A stretch of 64,000 nt of DNA from Octopus bimaculoides (GCF_001194135.2 NC_068982.1:97433425-97497424), one strand, 5' to 3'. Shown: positions 11,895-26,204, counted from the stretch's first letter. The notes: generated from the letters alone by a model not told the origin. Program-made: numbers and translations.

Positions 11895-12835
11895 NNNNNN
11901 NNNNNNNNNNNNNNNNNNNNNNNNNNNNNNNNNNNNNNNNNNNNNNNNNNNNNNNNNNNNNNNNNNNNNNNNNNNNNNNNNNNNNNNNNNNNNNNNNNNN
12001 NNNNNNNNNNNNNNNNNNNNNNNNNNNNNNNNNNNNNNNNNNNNNNNNNNNNNNNNNNNNNNNNNNNNNNNNNNNNNNNNNNNNNNNNNNNNNNNNNNNN
12101 NNNNNNNNNNNNNNNNNNNNNNNNNNNNNNNNNNNNNNNNNNNNNNNNNNNNNNNNNNNNNNNNNNNNNNNNNNNNNNNNNNNNNNNNNNNNNNNNNNNN
12201 NNNNNNNNNNNNNNNNNNNNNNNNNNNNNNNNNNNNNNNNNNNNNNNNNNNNNNNNNNNNNNNNNNNNNNNNNNNNNNNNNNNNNNNNNNNNNNNNNNNN
12301 NNNNNNNNNNNNNNNNNNNNNNNNNNNNNNNNNNNNNNNNNNNNNNNNNNNNNNNNNNNNNNNNNNNNNNNNNNNNNNNNNNNNNNNNNNNNNNNNNNNN
12401 NNNNNNNNNNNNNNNNNNNNNNNNNNNNNNNNNNNNNNNNNNNNNNNNNNNNNNNNNNNNNNNNNNNNNNNNNNNNNNNNNNNNNNNNNNNNNNNNNNNN
12501 NNNNNNNNNNNNNNNNNNNNNNNNNNNNNNNNNNNNNNNNNNNNNNNNNNNNNNNNNNNNNNNNNNNNNNNNNNNNNNNNNNNNNNNNNNNNNNNNNNNN
12601 NNNNNNNNNNNNNNNNNNNNNNNNNNNNNNNNNNNNNNNNNNNNNNNNNNNNNNNNNNNNNNNNNNNNNNNNNNNNNNNNNNNNNNNNNNNNNNNNNNNN
12701 NNNNNNNNNNNNNNNNNNNNNNNNNNNNNNNNNNNNNNNNNNNNNNNNNNNNNNNNNNNNNNNNNNNNNNNNNNNNNNNNNNNNNNNNNNNNNNNNNNNN
12801 NNNNNNNNNNNNNNNNNNNNNNNNNNNNNNNNNNT

Positions 12836-12869
<34 letters not shown>

Positions 12870-13019
12870 ACATATACACATACCATATATGATACATAGA
12901 TGCCAGTGAAATATGCCCTTGTATCCGATGTAACACAAAGGATGCAAAGAGTTAATAATAATGCACCAAAATTTTAGTACTGTGAATATTTATATTTATA
13001 TTTATTAAAGTGTTTCCCT

Positions 13020-13560
13020 ATGAAATGATGGGTACCGTGTCACAAACAAAGGCTCTTTTATTTGGTGTACACACAGTATCCGGAATTATATGTTCTTGCA
13101 TTGTAGTCTCTTTGCATGAATGCGATGGATGTGTAGCAGTATATATTTGTCTATGCAGAAAATATAAATTAAACATTACGTCGTTCAGGTCATGCAATTT
13201 CATTTCCTCTTTTTACTTATAAGTCCGAGAAACTGTGGCTCGTTTCTAAAGGAATTATTATTCCGAATTCTTACGATGATTATTGCGTCCATTATTGCGA
13301 GTCAGTAATGATGGCAGAGTCAATAAGATAGCAGGATGGCGATTTCATACCATTTATAAGCAAATGTTCTAGTCTAAAGACGCAGAATAATAATGTCGGC
13401 AAAAAGTCAATTTTCTCTCTAATAATGACGGTGTCTAGACAGGCTTTATTTTCGCACACATTTTTATTCTTAGCAGCGACTGCTGGGCGTTATGTAGTAA
13501 GTAGGAATACTGCTTCTATATATTCAATTTACGCTGTATACGAGCAATTCATTCATCCAT
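13020..13560 (-). pseudogene. Heavily decayed CR1-like LINE reverse transcriptase fragment
   Basis: Minus-strand translation with stops, ..FLLTT*RPAVAAK..DFLPTLLFCVF..SPSCYLIDSAII..EIA*PERRNV*F, follows in order the remembered pattern SFLSxRSIAV / VLSPTLFLIFINDL / PLHSYADDSTL / IxxWGxxNLVxF. Catalytic residues are not preserved. Confidence 0.4.
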
Positions 13561-14235
13561 CAGAAGTTCAGTAGCAAAAGAGTATTTTGTATGTTGGTAA
13601 TGTTTAGTTAATTTGCCAAAACTAGATATTTAACAGTTTTTTTAATACAAAGTATAAAAAGCTTTATGTTTTATGGTTAAATGTAGTTTTCATAGTTAAT
13701 TTCTACGTCATTAGTATAATGCAAGTAAAATTTTTTGGTGCCAACTAAATTCAGTTAACTGTTAAAAGCAAGTCACTGGGACAAAATCATAATTTTTTTT
13801 TTATTTTACTTCGATGTTTATGACGTTTATGACGACGTTTATTCATATCGTACCATCAGTTAAGGTAATGTAAGAGAAGAAATAGTACTGAGCTAACACT
13901 ATATATGAATTTATTACTCACGAACATATATGTCTGTGGATTATGTGTGTGTGCGCGGACATTAGCGCATGTCAGTGTGTGTTTATAAGTGCACTTTTCC
14001 CATTGATAACGGCTAAGAAGTTAGAAACATCAATGTCTGGGAATACGACAGGTGGCAGCACTGGACAGATATGGTGTTTTTACACCTTTTTACCATAACA
14101 GAGAATCTTTTTCTCCACACTAACTGCAGTAACTGCCTTTAGCAGTTGAAATATGTTACAAACATAATTTAACTAATTTAAAGTTCGCTTATGCCTAAAC
14201 ACTGCTTTGCGCCGGTATTTTTGTAATGTACGTAC

Positions 14236-14267
<32 letters not shown>

Positions 14268-14340
14268 NNNNNNNNNNNNNNNNNNNNNNNNNNNNNNNNN
14301 NNNNNNNNNNNNNNNNNNNNNNNNNNNNNNNNNNNNATAT

Positions 14341-14371
<31 letters not shown>

Positions 14372-14411
14372 TATGCATATATGCATATATAGATACATAT
14401 ATATGTATACG

Positions 14412-14443
<32 letters not shown>

Positions 14444-14645
14444 CTATATATATATACTATATATATATATATTATATGCATATATTATATATAAATATAC
14501 ATAATATATATTATATATATATATACATATTATATACATATACATAAATATATATAATATGCATTATATATATGTATATATATGTATATATATACATACA
14601 TACATATATGTATGTATATATATGTATACACACATAGATAGATAA

Positions 14646-14711
<66 letters not shown>

Positions 14712-14964
14712 GGAGAGATAGAGAGATACACACACAGACACATGCATATATACACACACATTGATATATATATCGCGCATGTGTATGCGGAAACGTCACC
14801 CTAGTATCTAACCAAAACTATATTAAGTAAAATTAAGTGAGAAATGCTTCTGTTGAGAAAAATCATTCGGGAGACAAAAGTCTGTAATGAGAGGCAAAAG
14901 CATTGCACGGGTCACCCATTTTACTGTTGGGTGCTATAGCACAATAAAGAATAGCAGAGAAATG

Positions 14965-15075
14965 TTAATTTATGTGGGTGCAAGGCCGAACACTGGGAAG
15001 GGCGGGTCAGAGTTGAATGAACGAAGTCAAGTACATGGTAAATCTTTATTTCATCGACTCCAACTTGACCGTAAT
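14965..15075 (-). mobile_element. Degenerate 3' half of SINE family A
   Basis: GGTGCAAGGCCGAACACTGGGAAGGG...GGTAAATCTTTATTTCATCGACTCC resembles the tail of 26205-26420. Confidence 0.45.
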
Positions 15076-15599
15076 TCAGATTACAGGATTAAATACTGAA
15101 ATACATCTAGTAATATAGTTGTCTCAATGACTGAATAGTAACAAGAGCTCAATGACGTACGTCGATTGCTTTAAATCGCTTAATAAAATATGGATGCTTC
15201 CATAATCTTAAACTAAATTCTCAACATTCCTTGACGAATTCGCTACTCTAACGTCATGAATGAATGCTCAACATAATGATAGGCTACGTTTGTAAGATTA
15301 ACACTTCTCAAAACTATCTGGCTTCATGCAAATTCTTTTCCTAAACTTGAGTTTGTTTATACTAGTCAAGTAACATTAAACTATTGCAGCCGTTGTTTCT
15401 ATAAGTGATTATAATTAACATGATAGTAATGATGAAAATGATGGTGTTGTTATGACGAGAAAAAAATCAATTGTTTCATACAGCAAACCTGAAATAATGA
15501 TCAAAGTAATTATTAAATGAAAACAATATGAGGAAGTTGTGACCGGTGTAGGTGACTCATTGAAGCGGGATTTGGTTGAAATGATAAGTTGGTAAATCA

Positions 15600-16630
15600 A
15601 AACAATCTAAATATGAGATGACCGGACGACAGGAAATGATGTTCCAACAGGTTTGACCAGGTGGATTATTAAATTCAGATTGTGTAAGAGCATGAAGCTG
15701 ACACCAAGTTGATCTCTTATATAAGCATGAACTATCAAATGAGTATAAAATATTAAGGGAAAGTGGAAATGTTTTATGACTTTATTGACAGCAACCACTT
15801 TATATGTATTTTAGGAAACACTTAACTGTTAACATGATCTGAAACACGTATTGAATTTAATAATCAACACTTCTCATAAATTTTGAGATATCAGGAAATT
15901 TAGTTTATGTGCTAATTAATGGCTAGAATGGCTCTTCCCTGGAACAATTGTTTCGGTTTTCAAATCACTGCTAAATAAGTACATCTTCAAAACTTGTCTT
16001 GTTTATCTATCTTAATCCGTTATTGTTTGGCACTTTACTTTTCATTTATCTTTAATAAACGTTCTATGACAATAATTAATCTCTCCCCACCAACCAATCC
16101 CTACCTACTACTTAACGATTCTGACTTCGCTTCGTCTCGTCTTTATAACTTGGTGACAACTAGTCTGCTATTTGGAATTATTAAATAAGTCTATAATCCC
16201 AACTAAAAACTTATAGTAGGAAGTCATATAATACCTTAAGTGGCTTCTGCAATTGCAATGAACGTAACCCATCTCGAAGCCATGGAGAGACGGACCATAA
16301 ACGTCTACAACGTGTTGAATGAGGTTTTGTGTCCAGTAAGAGAAGCTCTACAGTGACGGTTCCGCTATAAGGCACACGGCTCACTTTCCGTGAGTAAGCT
16401 TATAACATCGCCTTGTTTAGGATCATCATTTGGTGCTTGAATGACTTCAGATATCACGGCCTCTTCATACAGCACTTTTGACTGCTTTTTTCTTAATAGA
16501 GTGCCTCACATCCAACATCACGCACCAATAAATTAGCCAAAATGATATTTCTCTATCTATTTCTGCAGACGTCAAACCTGCAGAGGTTAAAACTGAATAT
16601 AAATTTCATCGATCTCAACAGATTGAGAAA
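15600..16630 (+). pseudogene. Heavily decayed CR1-like LINE ORF2 3' part
   Basis: Traces of (A)FDxVWHEALLxKLISY at ~15680-15720 (HEADTKLISY), HLEAMERRTI at ~16270 and a C-terminal NLQRLKLNINFIDL at ~16575-16620. The last motif recurs as QQQFKLNINHINL at ~62860-62900. Confidence 0.45.
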
Positions 16631-17194
16631 ATCTGAAAATGTCAAGGACATTATCCTTCAACTCTGTTTGGCCAATAACAACTATAAGAAACAGTTTTTT
16701 TCCATCTGTAGCTCGCGAAAATTTTCCCACCACACCATAGACTTCCAGCATACTGACATAACTATTTTTAGCTGCAGAGGCATCAATTTCTAATTGTGTC
16801 TTTTACTCGATGTTTTCTGATGTAAGATAAAAATCTTAGTTTTCTGTGCTGACATCTTATTGTTTTGATGCACAAGTTAATTTCAGCTTTCAAACATGTA
16901 CAACTGTTTTAATATCTCTATAAATTCCTTTCAAAAACTATATCTACAACAATCAACAAAACAATATTTATGAGTATTAAACTCTTAGATCAACGAGGTA
17001 TTTTCCCTCTATCCAAGCTATATCCACAGAAAGAATTGCTCTCAGTATAATTCAAGTTAACGAAACACTTATCGCTTTTACAGACTCTCACTGATAGGCA
17101 CAGTGGGCTGTTTCTACCTTGCATCTATTTTCGGTAATGTGAACTTAGGTGAGATTGAAGTATTTTGGTCACGAACGTAGCTAGAACCGTCACT

Positions 17195-17247
<53 letters not shown>

Positions 17248-18758
17248 TTAACAATAGATGTAGCATTTGAAGAATGTTGAGTACTGTTAGAAAACCTTTT
17301 ATTCGACTACACACACAAGTTTGGTCCTCATACCTTCTCTTGGACGTTTTGTAAGGCAAGTAGTTTCAACTAAATGTGTTACAGATTTGAGCTGAAATTA
17401 TTGTACTCCTCAACCGTTCGCAGCAACATTTTTTTGAAAAATAATATTGTAGTGTGAACTATGAAGTGGCAGAAACAAAAGGGTGTCTAATTTAATAGTA
17501 TTCAATGCTGGAAACCTGGCATACACAAATCCAAAGAAGCTATCTTCCACATTGCTAAAATTATACTGGAATTATGTCTTTCGCCAAATCATTTTTCATT
17601 TAGCTTTATATCGTTGTTTGCATACATTTACATCGCTTTAGGAAACATCGTAGATAAGCTCTTTACCCACTCGTGATCCGGACATCACTTCCTCATCCTA
17701 AATTCTACGCTGAACCTTTATTTTTTCTATTTCGTTTGTTCATTTCCTTAAAGTATTGACTTCTGTCACTTTGTTTTTTCAATGAAGTATTTTGATTGTA
17801 TGAAAAAGTAACGGCAGTTATTTTGTAACAGACTCATCCGTTTATATAATTCTTTTAAACAAAGTGAATTTTCAAATAACTGCAAATAAATAGACGAACA
17901 CTTTTGCGATAAGACTAATATAAACGTTGCATTTCCGTCTACACTTCTTATAACTACACCAGTTTAATACCAGTCACTATTGTAGATAGATCTATACGTT
18001 CTGTTGGCTGACAACAAATCGGATTACTTCTGTCATGTCGTCAGTTTTCAGGATTAGTTTAAGATGAAATCATTAAAGATTTAGACACATCAATCGTTTT
18101 ATTATCATTTTTATTATTCGTTATCTTCTGAACAGCCCTGTTCTTTCTTTTCCATACACGCATATATCAAGAAGCGCAGATACAAATGCTCTCAAACGTA
18201 CACGCCTATACATCGTTATATCTTCATTTCTCACTCCTTTCACTCGATTTAATCTGCCATGTGAAACATTTAAAGATGGAAACTATTGCTAGTTGCAAAA
18301 AAAAAAGAAAAAATTAACTGTTCCAAACAAAACAATACTATAATAAAAGTGAAATGCAAGAGATAAAAAAAAATGAAAAAACAATCTAAATATTTTAATC
18401 CAATGAATATATTCAACCGGAAACAACTTTCAATGAATGCTCAATTTAAAATGGCGGCATTTGGAGAGATGCTGACTTTATGGAAGAATACTTCTGAAAT
18501 TGAGAGTAGTTTTACTTTTGAACAAAAGAATAAGAAAATAGTTTGTGGAAGAATTGGTTATAATTAGCTTCAAAATAATAAGCAGGAATGACTCACAGAT
18601 TTATATAATTATCATGGTATTGATTTACAGGAATTTTAACCTGGAAAATATAACAACCTACAGTTAATGATTTTCTATAAGCAAGGAAAAAAGTGAATTG
18701 GTGTTACTTTAGGTATAGGCAAAAAACAAAAGCAAAAAGGCATCTATCCATTTATTTA

Positions 18759-18846
18759 CCATCCATCCATCCATCTATCCATCCGTCGGTCGGTCGGTCG
18801 GTCGGTCGGTCCGTCCGTCTGTCTGTCTGTCTGTCTGTCTGTCCAT
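18759..18846. repeat. Compound tetranucleotide microsatellite (CCAT)n-(CGGT)n-(CCGT)n-(CTGT)n
   Basis: Read directly from the sequence. Confidence 0.95.
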
Positions 18847-19120
18847 CGATCCATTTGTTCAGCTGTTTGGCTGTTTGTCCGTCTATCTGTTTGTCTGTCT
18901 GCCTGTTTGTGTCTCTGAATCTCTGACTGCTGTTGACTGACGACTTTCTTTGCTTATCTGATATATAACGTTTTGTCATTCCGTTTGTCTGTTTGATTGT
19001 CGGTTTGTTTGTTTGTATGATTGTTGGAGTGTAATCAGTCAGCATTTCAACTAATTTTTCTACTTACACATTTATCTAACCCTATGTATTTGGTCGAACA
19101 CTTCTGAGCGCGCGCGCACG

Positions 19121-19166
<46 letters not shown>

Positions 19167-19779
19167 TTTGTATGTGTATGTGTGTGATTCTGTGTTTCTG
19201 TCAGCTTGCTTGGCAGTACGTTTGTATGTACACATGTATGTTATAGTTTGAATCATTGATATTTCCATGTATACTAATATTTCATAAATTACAGATAACG
19301 ATCTCTATAGTATTGTTCGAATCATAGAAGTATCCCACATCAGATCAGCCATCACACTCTATGATAGTTGGCAGCTATTCCTATCTGAATGCTAAATGAT
19401 AATATTTTACACTCTTTGTTAACGTTTTTATTTTCATAAATATTTTAGCAGACTCGATTGCAGTGGAGAAGCAGATACGTTGTACTAATTCTTTCATCAC
19501 ATATTTCGTACATCTGTGTTCAAATTTTGTTATGATCAGCTCTTTCTTTAAGTTCTCCTGAAGGTTGATAAAAGAATTAGAGGTATCTCCTGCGGTAATG
19601 TTAGATGACTAAATCTTTCGTCTATAATTTGCGGCCTTGTGCTAGTATGAAATGTCAATATTTTGGCTACTTTCACCATGTTGGCAGAAACTGGAAGAAA
19701 GCCAGATTAACTGCCTTAAAATGTATTTAGTTTCATCTTGTAGTACAAAGTAATATAATGGGGCTAATTTAATAGATTA

Positions 19780-20170
19780 AATCTCCTCCTCAGCAAAATT
19801 TGGCTTTATGCCTGGAAAAAAGAGATCGATATTTGAGGAACATTTGGTGGCAACCTCTGTATAGCAATGATAAGCTTCCGGTGAACTGAATCCGCGATTT
19901 GGCTTCGATTTCAAGTTGAAACAAATTCTTTTTAGTTGCACCGCTCTTAATCTTTCTAAGCACATCAGCAGTAAAAGTAGAAAGAATGAACCATCTTATT
20001 TCCGCCTACTAAAATTTTCTAGCCTTATTCCTGAGTCAGTAATCAGTATTTTAAGCATTCGCATCGGAGAACCATGTAAAGCTAGAGATAAGTTCTCAGG
20101 ATAACGACAATGCGGTACAGTTTCATCGTTCATTTGAAGCTTTCGTTTCACATTACTTTCACCAGCGATA
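19780..20170 (-). pseudogene. Decayed CR1-like LINE ORF2 C-terminal fragment
   Basis: ILITDSGIRLENFSRRK*DGS resembles LLxLYKxQIRPxxEYCSHIWDGS. After a frameshift, STFTADVLRKIKSGATK..SRIQFTGSLSLLYR resembles LDxIQxxAIR..HRRxVxSLxLFYR. Confidence 0.4.
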
Positions 20171-20531
20171 CCTTTGAAAACATATGAACACCACAACTAC
20201 ACATTTACTTGTTCCAGAATATGCATTGTTTATACTTAGTCCAACGGAAACAAATATGCCGGTATTCACACGACAATGCTATTGACCACATTTCTGAATT
20301 TATTTGAAGCTTCATTGGATAAAATGTTGTATACAAATTAGTAAATTTAAAGGTAAAACTAAGATCGTAAATTCTAATATTCTTATTTTTGCATTTTAAT
20401 AATTTTCTTCTGATTTCTAATGCTTTCAAACAGTAATAAATGTGTAGACGAGAAATATAGTCGCTTGAACCAACCCTAGTGATTTACACGTGTTTATTTT
20501 ATACAAACATAAAAGGCAAAGTCATCCCTAC

Positions 20532-20702
20532 CAGGATCGTCTTAAAGAATAGGCACACTGCATAGTTGCCCAGGCACCTCACAGATTTAGGAGCAAAATT
20601 CTGATCTATGTATTCTGCGGATTCCTGTCAATAAACAAATACTATAGAGCCTATAGAGCATTCATTTACTCCGGGGCCTATAATGTTGCTAAGATGGTCC
20701 TG
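20532..20702. mobile_element. hAT-type MITE (171 bp)
   Basis: TIRs CAGGATCGTCTTA / TAAGATGGTCCTG (11/13 match). Imperfect 8-bp TSD ATCCCTAC (20524-20531) / CTCCCTAG (20703-20710). Confidence 0.75.
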
Positions 20703-21886
20703 CTCCCTAGTAAGATTTTAATCCAGACTCTAAAGAGTTATATGCAATGCATTTAATCTGGCATCCTATAGTATCTACTAAAACACCTTCGCTGTTGAAG
20801 CACTATTAATATACAACAAGACCTTATGTTTGTATCCTAATTTGGTGGGGGGAAAAAAGTAGTACAGCTATCTCTTTTTTTTTTTTCGCCGATCTTATTT
20901 GTAAGATAATTCAAAACAAGTAAGTGAGAATTTGCGAATATTATGTCTTTCATAAAGGGGATATTTAAACCAATATAAACGCGAATCAAAACTAATTATG
21001 ACATCGGTGATTCGTTAAGAATCAACTATTAACAGAAGGAAAATATGTCGTTTATTTATTCTTCTGAGAAAACTTAGCCTAATACAGATCTCAAAATTTT
21101 AAGTATCCAAGCCTCTGTTAATAATTTTGTAAATTTCCATGAACAGAAATGAAGAAATTTCCAAAGAAAGAAAAATACAGAAATGATATATTGCGAAATT
21201 TTGAAAATTCCTTTAATAAAAGGTTCCTCACAGTCTTAGAATTCCGATAAAATTCTAAAATTTGAATCCACGTTGAGTTTATTGGAACTAATTACCACTT
21301 TGCAAAGAAATTAATTAATAGTCAATTGTAGTAGTCATTAAATCAGCAAGCTTTTAAAGCCATCTTTCTCATGGAGTGTTTAAGGTCAACGACAGCTATT
21401 CGCCATTTATCGTCAGTAGTCGAATGTGAGCAGTAATTATGAGCTGTCGATGTCGGAAACGAACTCTAACCAATATGCTGGATTAAAGCCCAAATCTCTG
21501 TTGCTTAATTTTATATATTTGTATAGATCCAGTTTGATTCAACATGACTTCACGCAGATGCTTGTATAACCTAGTTTGCATTTCGATGAGTTATTTTATC
21601 AATCTGTCAGTATAGCCAACTTATCCTCAGAGATCTCACTGTTGACTTGTTACTGTAACTATTGCAAGATTGATTTATAATATAACAGCTACACACATAT
21701 TCTATCCTTGTCTCAATGTAAAGTCATTCTCTGGTATTGATTGTGTGGAAAATATTACATATGACAGTGAGTTTGTCGGTAGTTGAGCCAGGATTTTAAG
21801 AGCAACTGTGAAAACTCTTCTCTAATAGATGAGAAACTTCAGAGGAGTAGTGACATGGTTAAGCACAAACTGAACATGTCTATCTC

Positions 21887-21958
<72 letters not shown>

Positions 21959-24428
21959 ATGCGCGCGCGAAGGGGATTACATTACATTGAGAATATTGTC
22001 AAACCATTAATGACTACATATTCTGAAAAGAGATGATTAGCAGAAACAAGGGACTCATAAGATTACCGCGATCCTCAAATATCCGTAATGGCCTTAGATA
22101 TTTGATTTGGAAGACTTGAATTATCTATCCTATTTTTCTTCAGGTATCTTCGAGAAAATATTGGAGTGAATGGATCGCTAATTTAATTTATTTGTTACGA
22201 AATGCTTTTGTTACAAAACTTTAACGCTTTCCAGGCACAATTTGTCTTTACTATTCTTTTCTAATTTTAGCTATTTTTCAACTCACTCATTCATTGAGTT
22301 GCTGTTATCCGAGAGCATTTTAACAGACATCACTTAATATTAACATTGCGTAACTGAGTTTTTTGTATGTTTGTAATGTCTTTTTATTTCATCTATTCAT
22401 TCATTCATTCTTCCTTCTTTATTCATTTGTTTTCCGCTATATTTCATTGTAGTTGTTCTAGTTTCGGTTCTTTTACAACAAGCCTTAAGCAGAAAAGAAG
22501 GAATTTCAGAACGTGAAAACAATTATCGTCAGGCATCAAAACCAAAAATTATCTGTAAAGAATGCTTTAATTAATAAAAGGATTGCTTTAAATGGAACTT
22601 TCTAATTAAATCTATTTGTACATTTTTCAACAACTCAATTCAGTTCTGAATTTTTCACGTTGTATGCTACAATATATTTTATATGCAGAATCATGTCTGC
22701 TAATCGAAAAAGTAATTAACGCATCATTTCTAACGAACTTATTGAGGGTATGCATGTCTGTGTCTGTGTGTCTGTGTTTGCATGCGTGTGTGTTTCTTTT
22801 CTCGTAATAAATCAGTTAACAATACTTCTCTCAGCTTTGTGTAACAATAATACGTTTATCAAGCAAAAATAAATAAATAAATAAATAAATAAATAAAATA
22901 AATAATAAAATTTGTAACTAAATGCAAGACTTCAATATATTTAAGTGAGGATTATGTACTAACATAAGAAATTAGCAATATAATTGAAGATTCGAAAGAA
23001 AGCGAAATCATGTCAACATCACAGGAAAGTTGATGCTTGTCTCCGATTCAATAACACTGATTTATCTCTCAAAATATTGACTTCTTTAGAATAAATCTTA
23101 CACATTTTTTAGAGAGGAATGTTGTGATTTTAATATCTTCCTATGGACATTAGTAAAATAACTACAGGGCTACTGCAGCGATCGGTCATGGAAACTAACT
23201 GGTATATTTCATTTATATTAATATATATCAAAACTCTGCTTTTCAGACAAGGTAAAACTTGTAGTACTTTGGGAAAATTAAGTGACTAAAGTTCGTATTT
23301 TGGGTGAATTTAAATGTCTAAAGTTTGTGAAGGTAAATTGAATTTGCTATAATTTAGTATCATGAATCTTCAGTTCCCGGTTCACACATTAATTTCTGTT
23401 AAATTAGGGTCAAATGGACTATATTCTAGGAGAGGCATAAATGTGAACGCATGGAATTTATACTTTTAAAATGGTAAATTGAAGTAAAATCGAGATTGAA
23501 ACCGTAACGTAGTCTTAGCTTGCTTTCTTTATGCTCTCCGACTATTTCTTTAAATTTTGAACTCTATACTCTATGCAAGTTCATAAAAGTTTGTGGAGCA
23601 TTAACAGTCGACATCATCGACTATTTTTGGGAAAATAAAATTCAAAGTCCATTGCAATGAGAATTGGACTCAGAGAACATTACGATTAAAATCATATACC
23701 ATTCAGTTTAAAGGAATAGGAGTCTGTAGTAGCATTTATACTATAGTTCACTTTAAATATCTGAACACTGCCAGGTTAAATGGATAAAATATTATATTTC
23801 ATTTCATTAGGTTTAAAGATAAACTTTCATATGACTTAGGAAGCTGCGATTAGACTAGTATAAACGGATATTAAAAAGGATATTATCTTCGATCCAAACA
23901 ATGTGGTGGCGGTAGTACAGATATTTATGTGATCCCTGTATCTTGCAATTTATTTCAATTTTCCAGCATAAAACATCGATACACAATATTTACGACTAAT
24001 ACTGTAATTGTTTGTATCCTATTTTTAGGTCCTTGTATTATATTCAAAATTATGTTAATTTATCTGAAACTCTGTATTTGATTTTACAGTTATGCTGTCT
24101 TAGATCCCCACCACACACCCTTTCACTGAAAATTAATTGATTTAGTATTTCCTCGGGTCTTTCTGCAAATTGCATTATTTAAAAAGCCGAACTTTGGCGA
24201 AACTTCGAATTCTCAACATTTTAATACATATTTAACTTTACAATTTGTACAAAGAATTTATTTCCCTTACCACGTCTCTCCCCACCCCTCTTTATTTCTC
24301 TCTGTCTCTTCTGTCTGTCTCTCTCTGTATATACATATATATACATATATACATATATATAACATTATAAACACGTATATATATATATTATATATATATA
24401 TAAATTATATATATATCATTATGATCAC

Positions 24429-24521
<93 letters not shown>

Positions 24522-25789
24522 TTTATATTGAACCGATTTAGAGAAAAAGATACGCATGTCAAAACTGCAGCGATTTTCGAAAGTTTCTCGTTACTTATGA
24601 TGTAAATGTAGTTAAGAGAAACTCGAACACAATTATTTCTCAGTCATATTGCCACTAAAATAAAGGACATTTCGACAAAACAAAATAATACCTCGTGTTA
24701 ATATTAGTTAATGTGTCAGAAAGAATGTAAAGAGTGGTAGTATATCAGAAAAAAACTGACGATCAGGATTAAATGCCACATCTACTGTATTCATTCGCAG
24801 CACATTATGAAACTCAAACGTCCAACATGGATATGATTAAATAGAATGAAATAATGTGACTGATTTTCATTAGCCCTATGTTTTTCTTTGTCTTAAAAAA
24901 CGAGAATCTTCTTTACTTAACCTCTTCCACTTGTCATTTTACAGCGATATTCTATACATCCTTTTACTTCTCATTTTATTCAATCATCTGTACATGCATA
25001 TTATCCACATTTCTGAATACAGTCTTACCTTCTGTATAAAAGCATGCATTCACACAGTTTCTTTGTACTTATATCGATTTTTAAAGCTTTTCCAGCTTCT
25101 AATGTTGTTTTATTGTCTAAACAAATGATTGCTTATCCTTCTTCTCATCTCTCATGATTGACTTTATTGCTACAAATTATAAGAATCATCCGTTTATCCT
25201 CTCCATTTTTAGAAGTTGTCAAATACCTTATACCGATTGCTTAATGCAACAAAAACAATAGATTCTGCAAAGAACTGCAATAAATTTATTTAAAACCTCA
25301 ATATTATCTAATGCATTGAACAGTTTATCGAGGAATGTTTTAGAGGCATTTTCTTCTATGATTACCCTCAGTTGTTGAAAGGAAATAATTTGTATAGGGT
25401 AGTGTACTTTTAGCGAAATAAAGCCTAGAGCATCAATTAAACTCAGCCATTCATTCTGAGTGACGTTGCCATTATTTAAAGTGTCCAAATAAAGAATGAT
25501 TCATTCAACTTTTAAATAATTGCTACATTAATATAATTTAGTGATTTCATTTTTAAGGTAGAGGAGTGGCAGAAACGGTAGATCATCCAGCTGAACAACA
25601 TAGCTATAAAATTCCATATATTTACTTTCTGAATATTAATTCAACCGAGTTGACTTCACTGTTTGATGTATTCAGGCGCAAGCAAGTACCAGTAATATCA
25701 TGGACAGAATTCTATCGAGTATAGCTCTATATTATAGACTAGTGGATTTGTGTGAATATTATCTTCTTTTAATTGTTTCAGTCATTGAA

Positions 25790-25985
25790 GCCGGTTACGC
25801 GGGGGTGCCGCCATGAAGGGTTTAGTGGAACATATCGACCCCAGAACCTATTCTAAAGACTAGCGCTTATTCTTTTGGTTTATTACCGATAGAGTAACTA
25901 TCAAACTTGCCAAGGTGCTGCGCAATGAGACTGATCCCGAAACCATGTGGTTTTAAAGCGAGTTTCTTAACCACACAGCAATTAG
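25790..25985 (-). mobile_element. Fragments of SINE family B
   Basis: GCCGCCATGAAGGGTTTAGTGGAACATATCGACCCCAGAAC and CCAAGGTGCTGCGCAATGAGACTGATCCCGAAACCATGTGG..CTTAACCACACAGC match parts of 55867-56335. Confidence 0.7.
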
Positions 25986-26204
25986 ATGTGGATAGAACCG
26001 AGAGTAAAAACGGAAAGATAAGCAAGTTGGGATCAGGATCTAGTTTCAACTCCAAGTTGAAGCTATATCACCTCACTTATGCCGTTAACGTCATTGGAAA
26101 AATATGAATATAATAAAACTATATTCCACTTTTCTCTTAAAATATAAAGTGCTCATGCATAGCAATAATAATAATAGTGACAACAAGAACAACAACAACA
26201 ATAA

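Noticed and set aside
16220-16800. Protein-like minus-strand frames with AG/GT-like borders (LEIDASAAKNSY.., GLTSAEIDREIS.., VTVELLLLDTKPH..)
   Set aside because: They need several frameshifts and stops, and are largely explained as the antisense of a decayed LINE on the plus strand.
19777-20196. Two in-frame ORFs separated by one TAA (possible editing or read-through)
   Set aside because: The *DGS context matches LINE WDGS, so the stop is better explained by mutational decay than by recoding.
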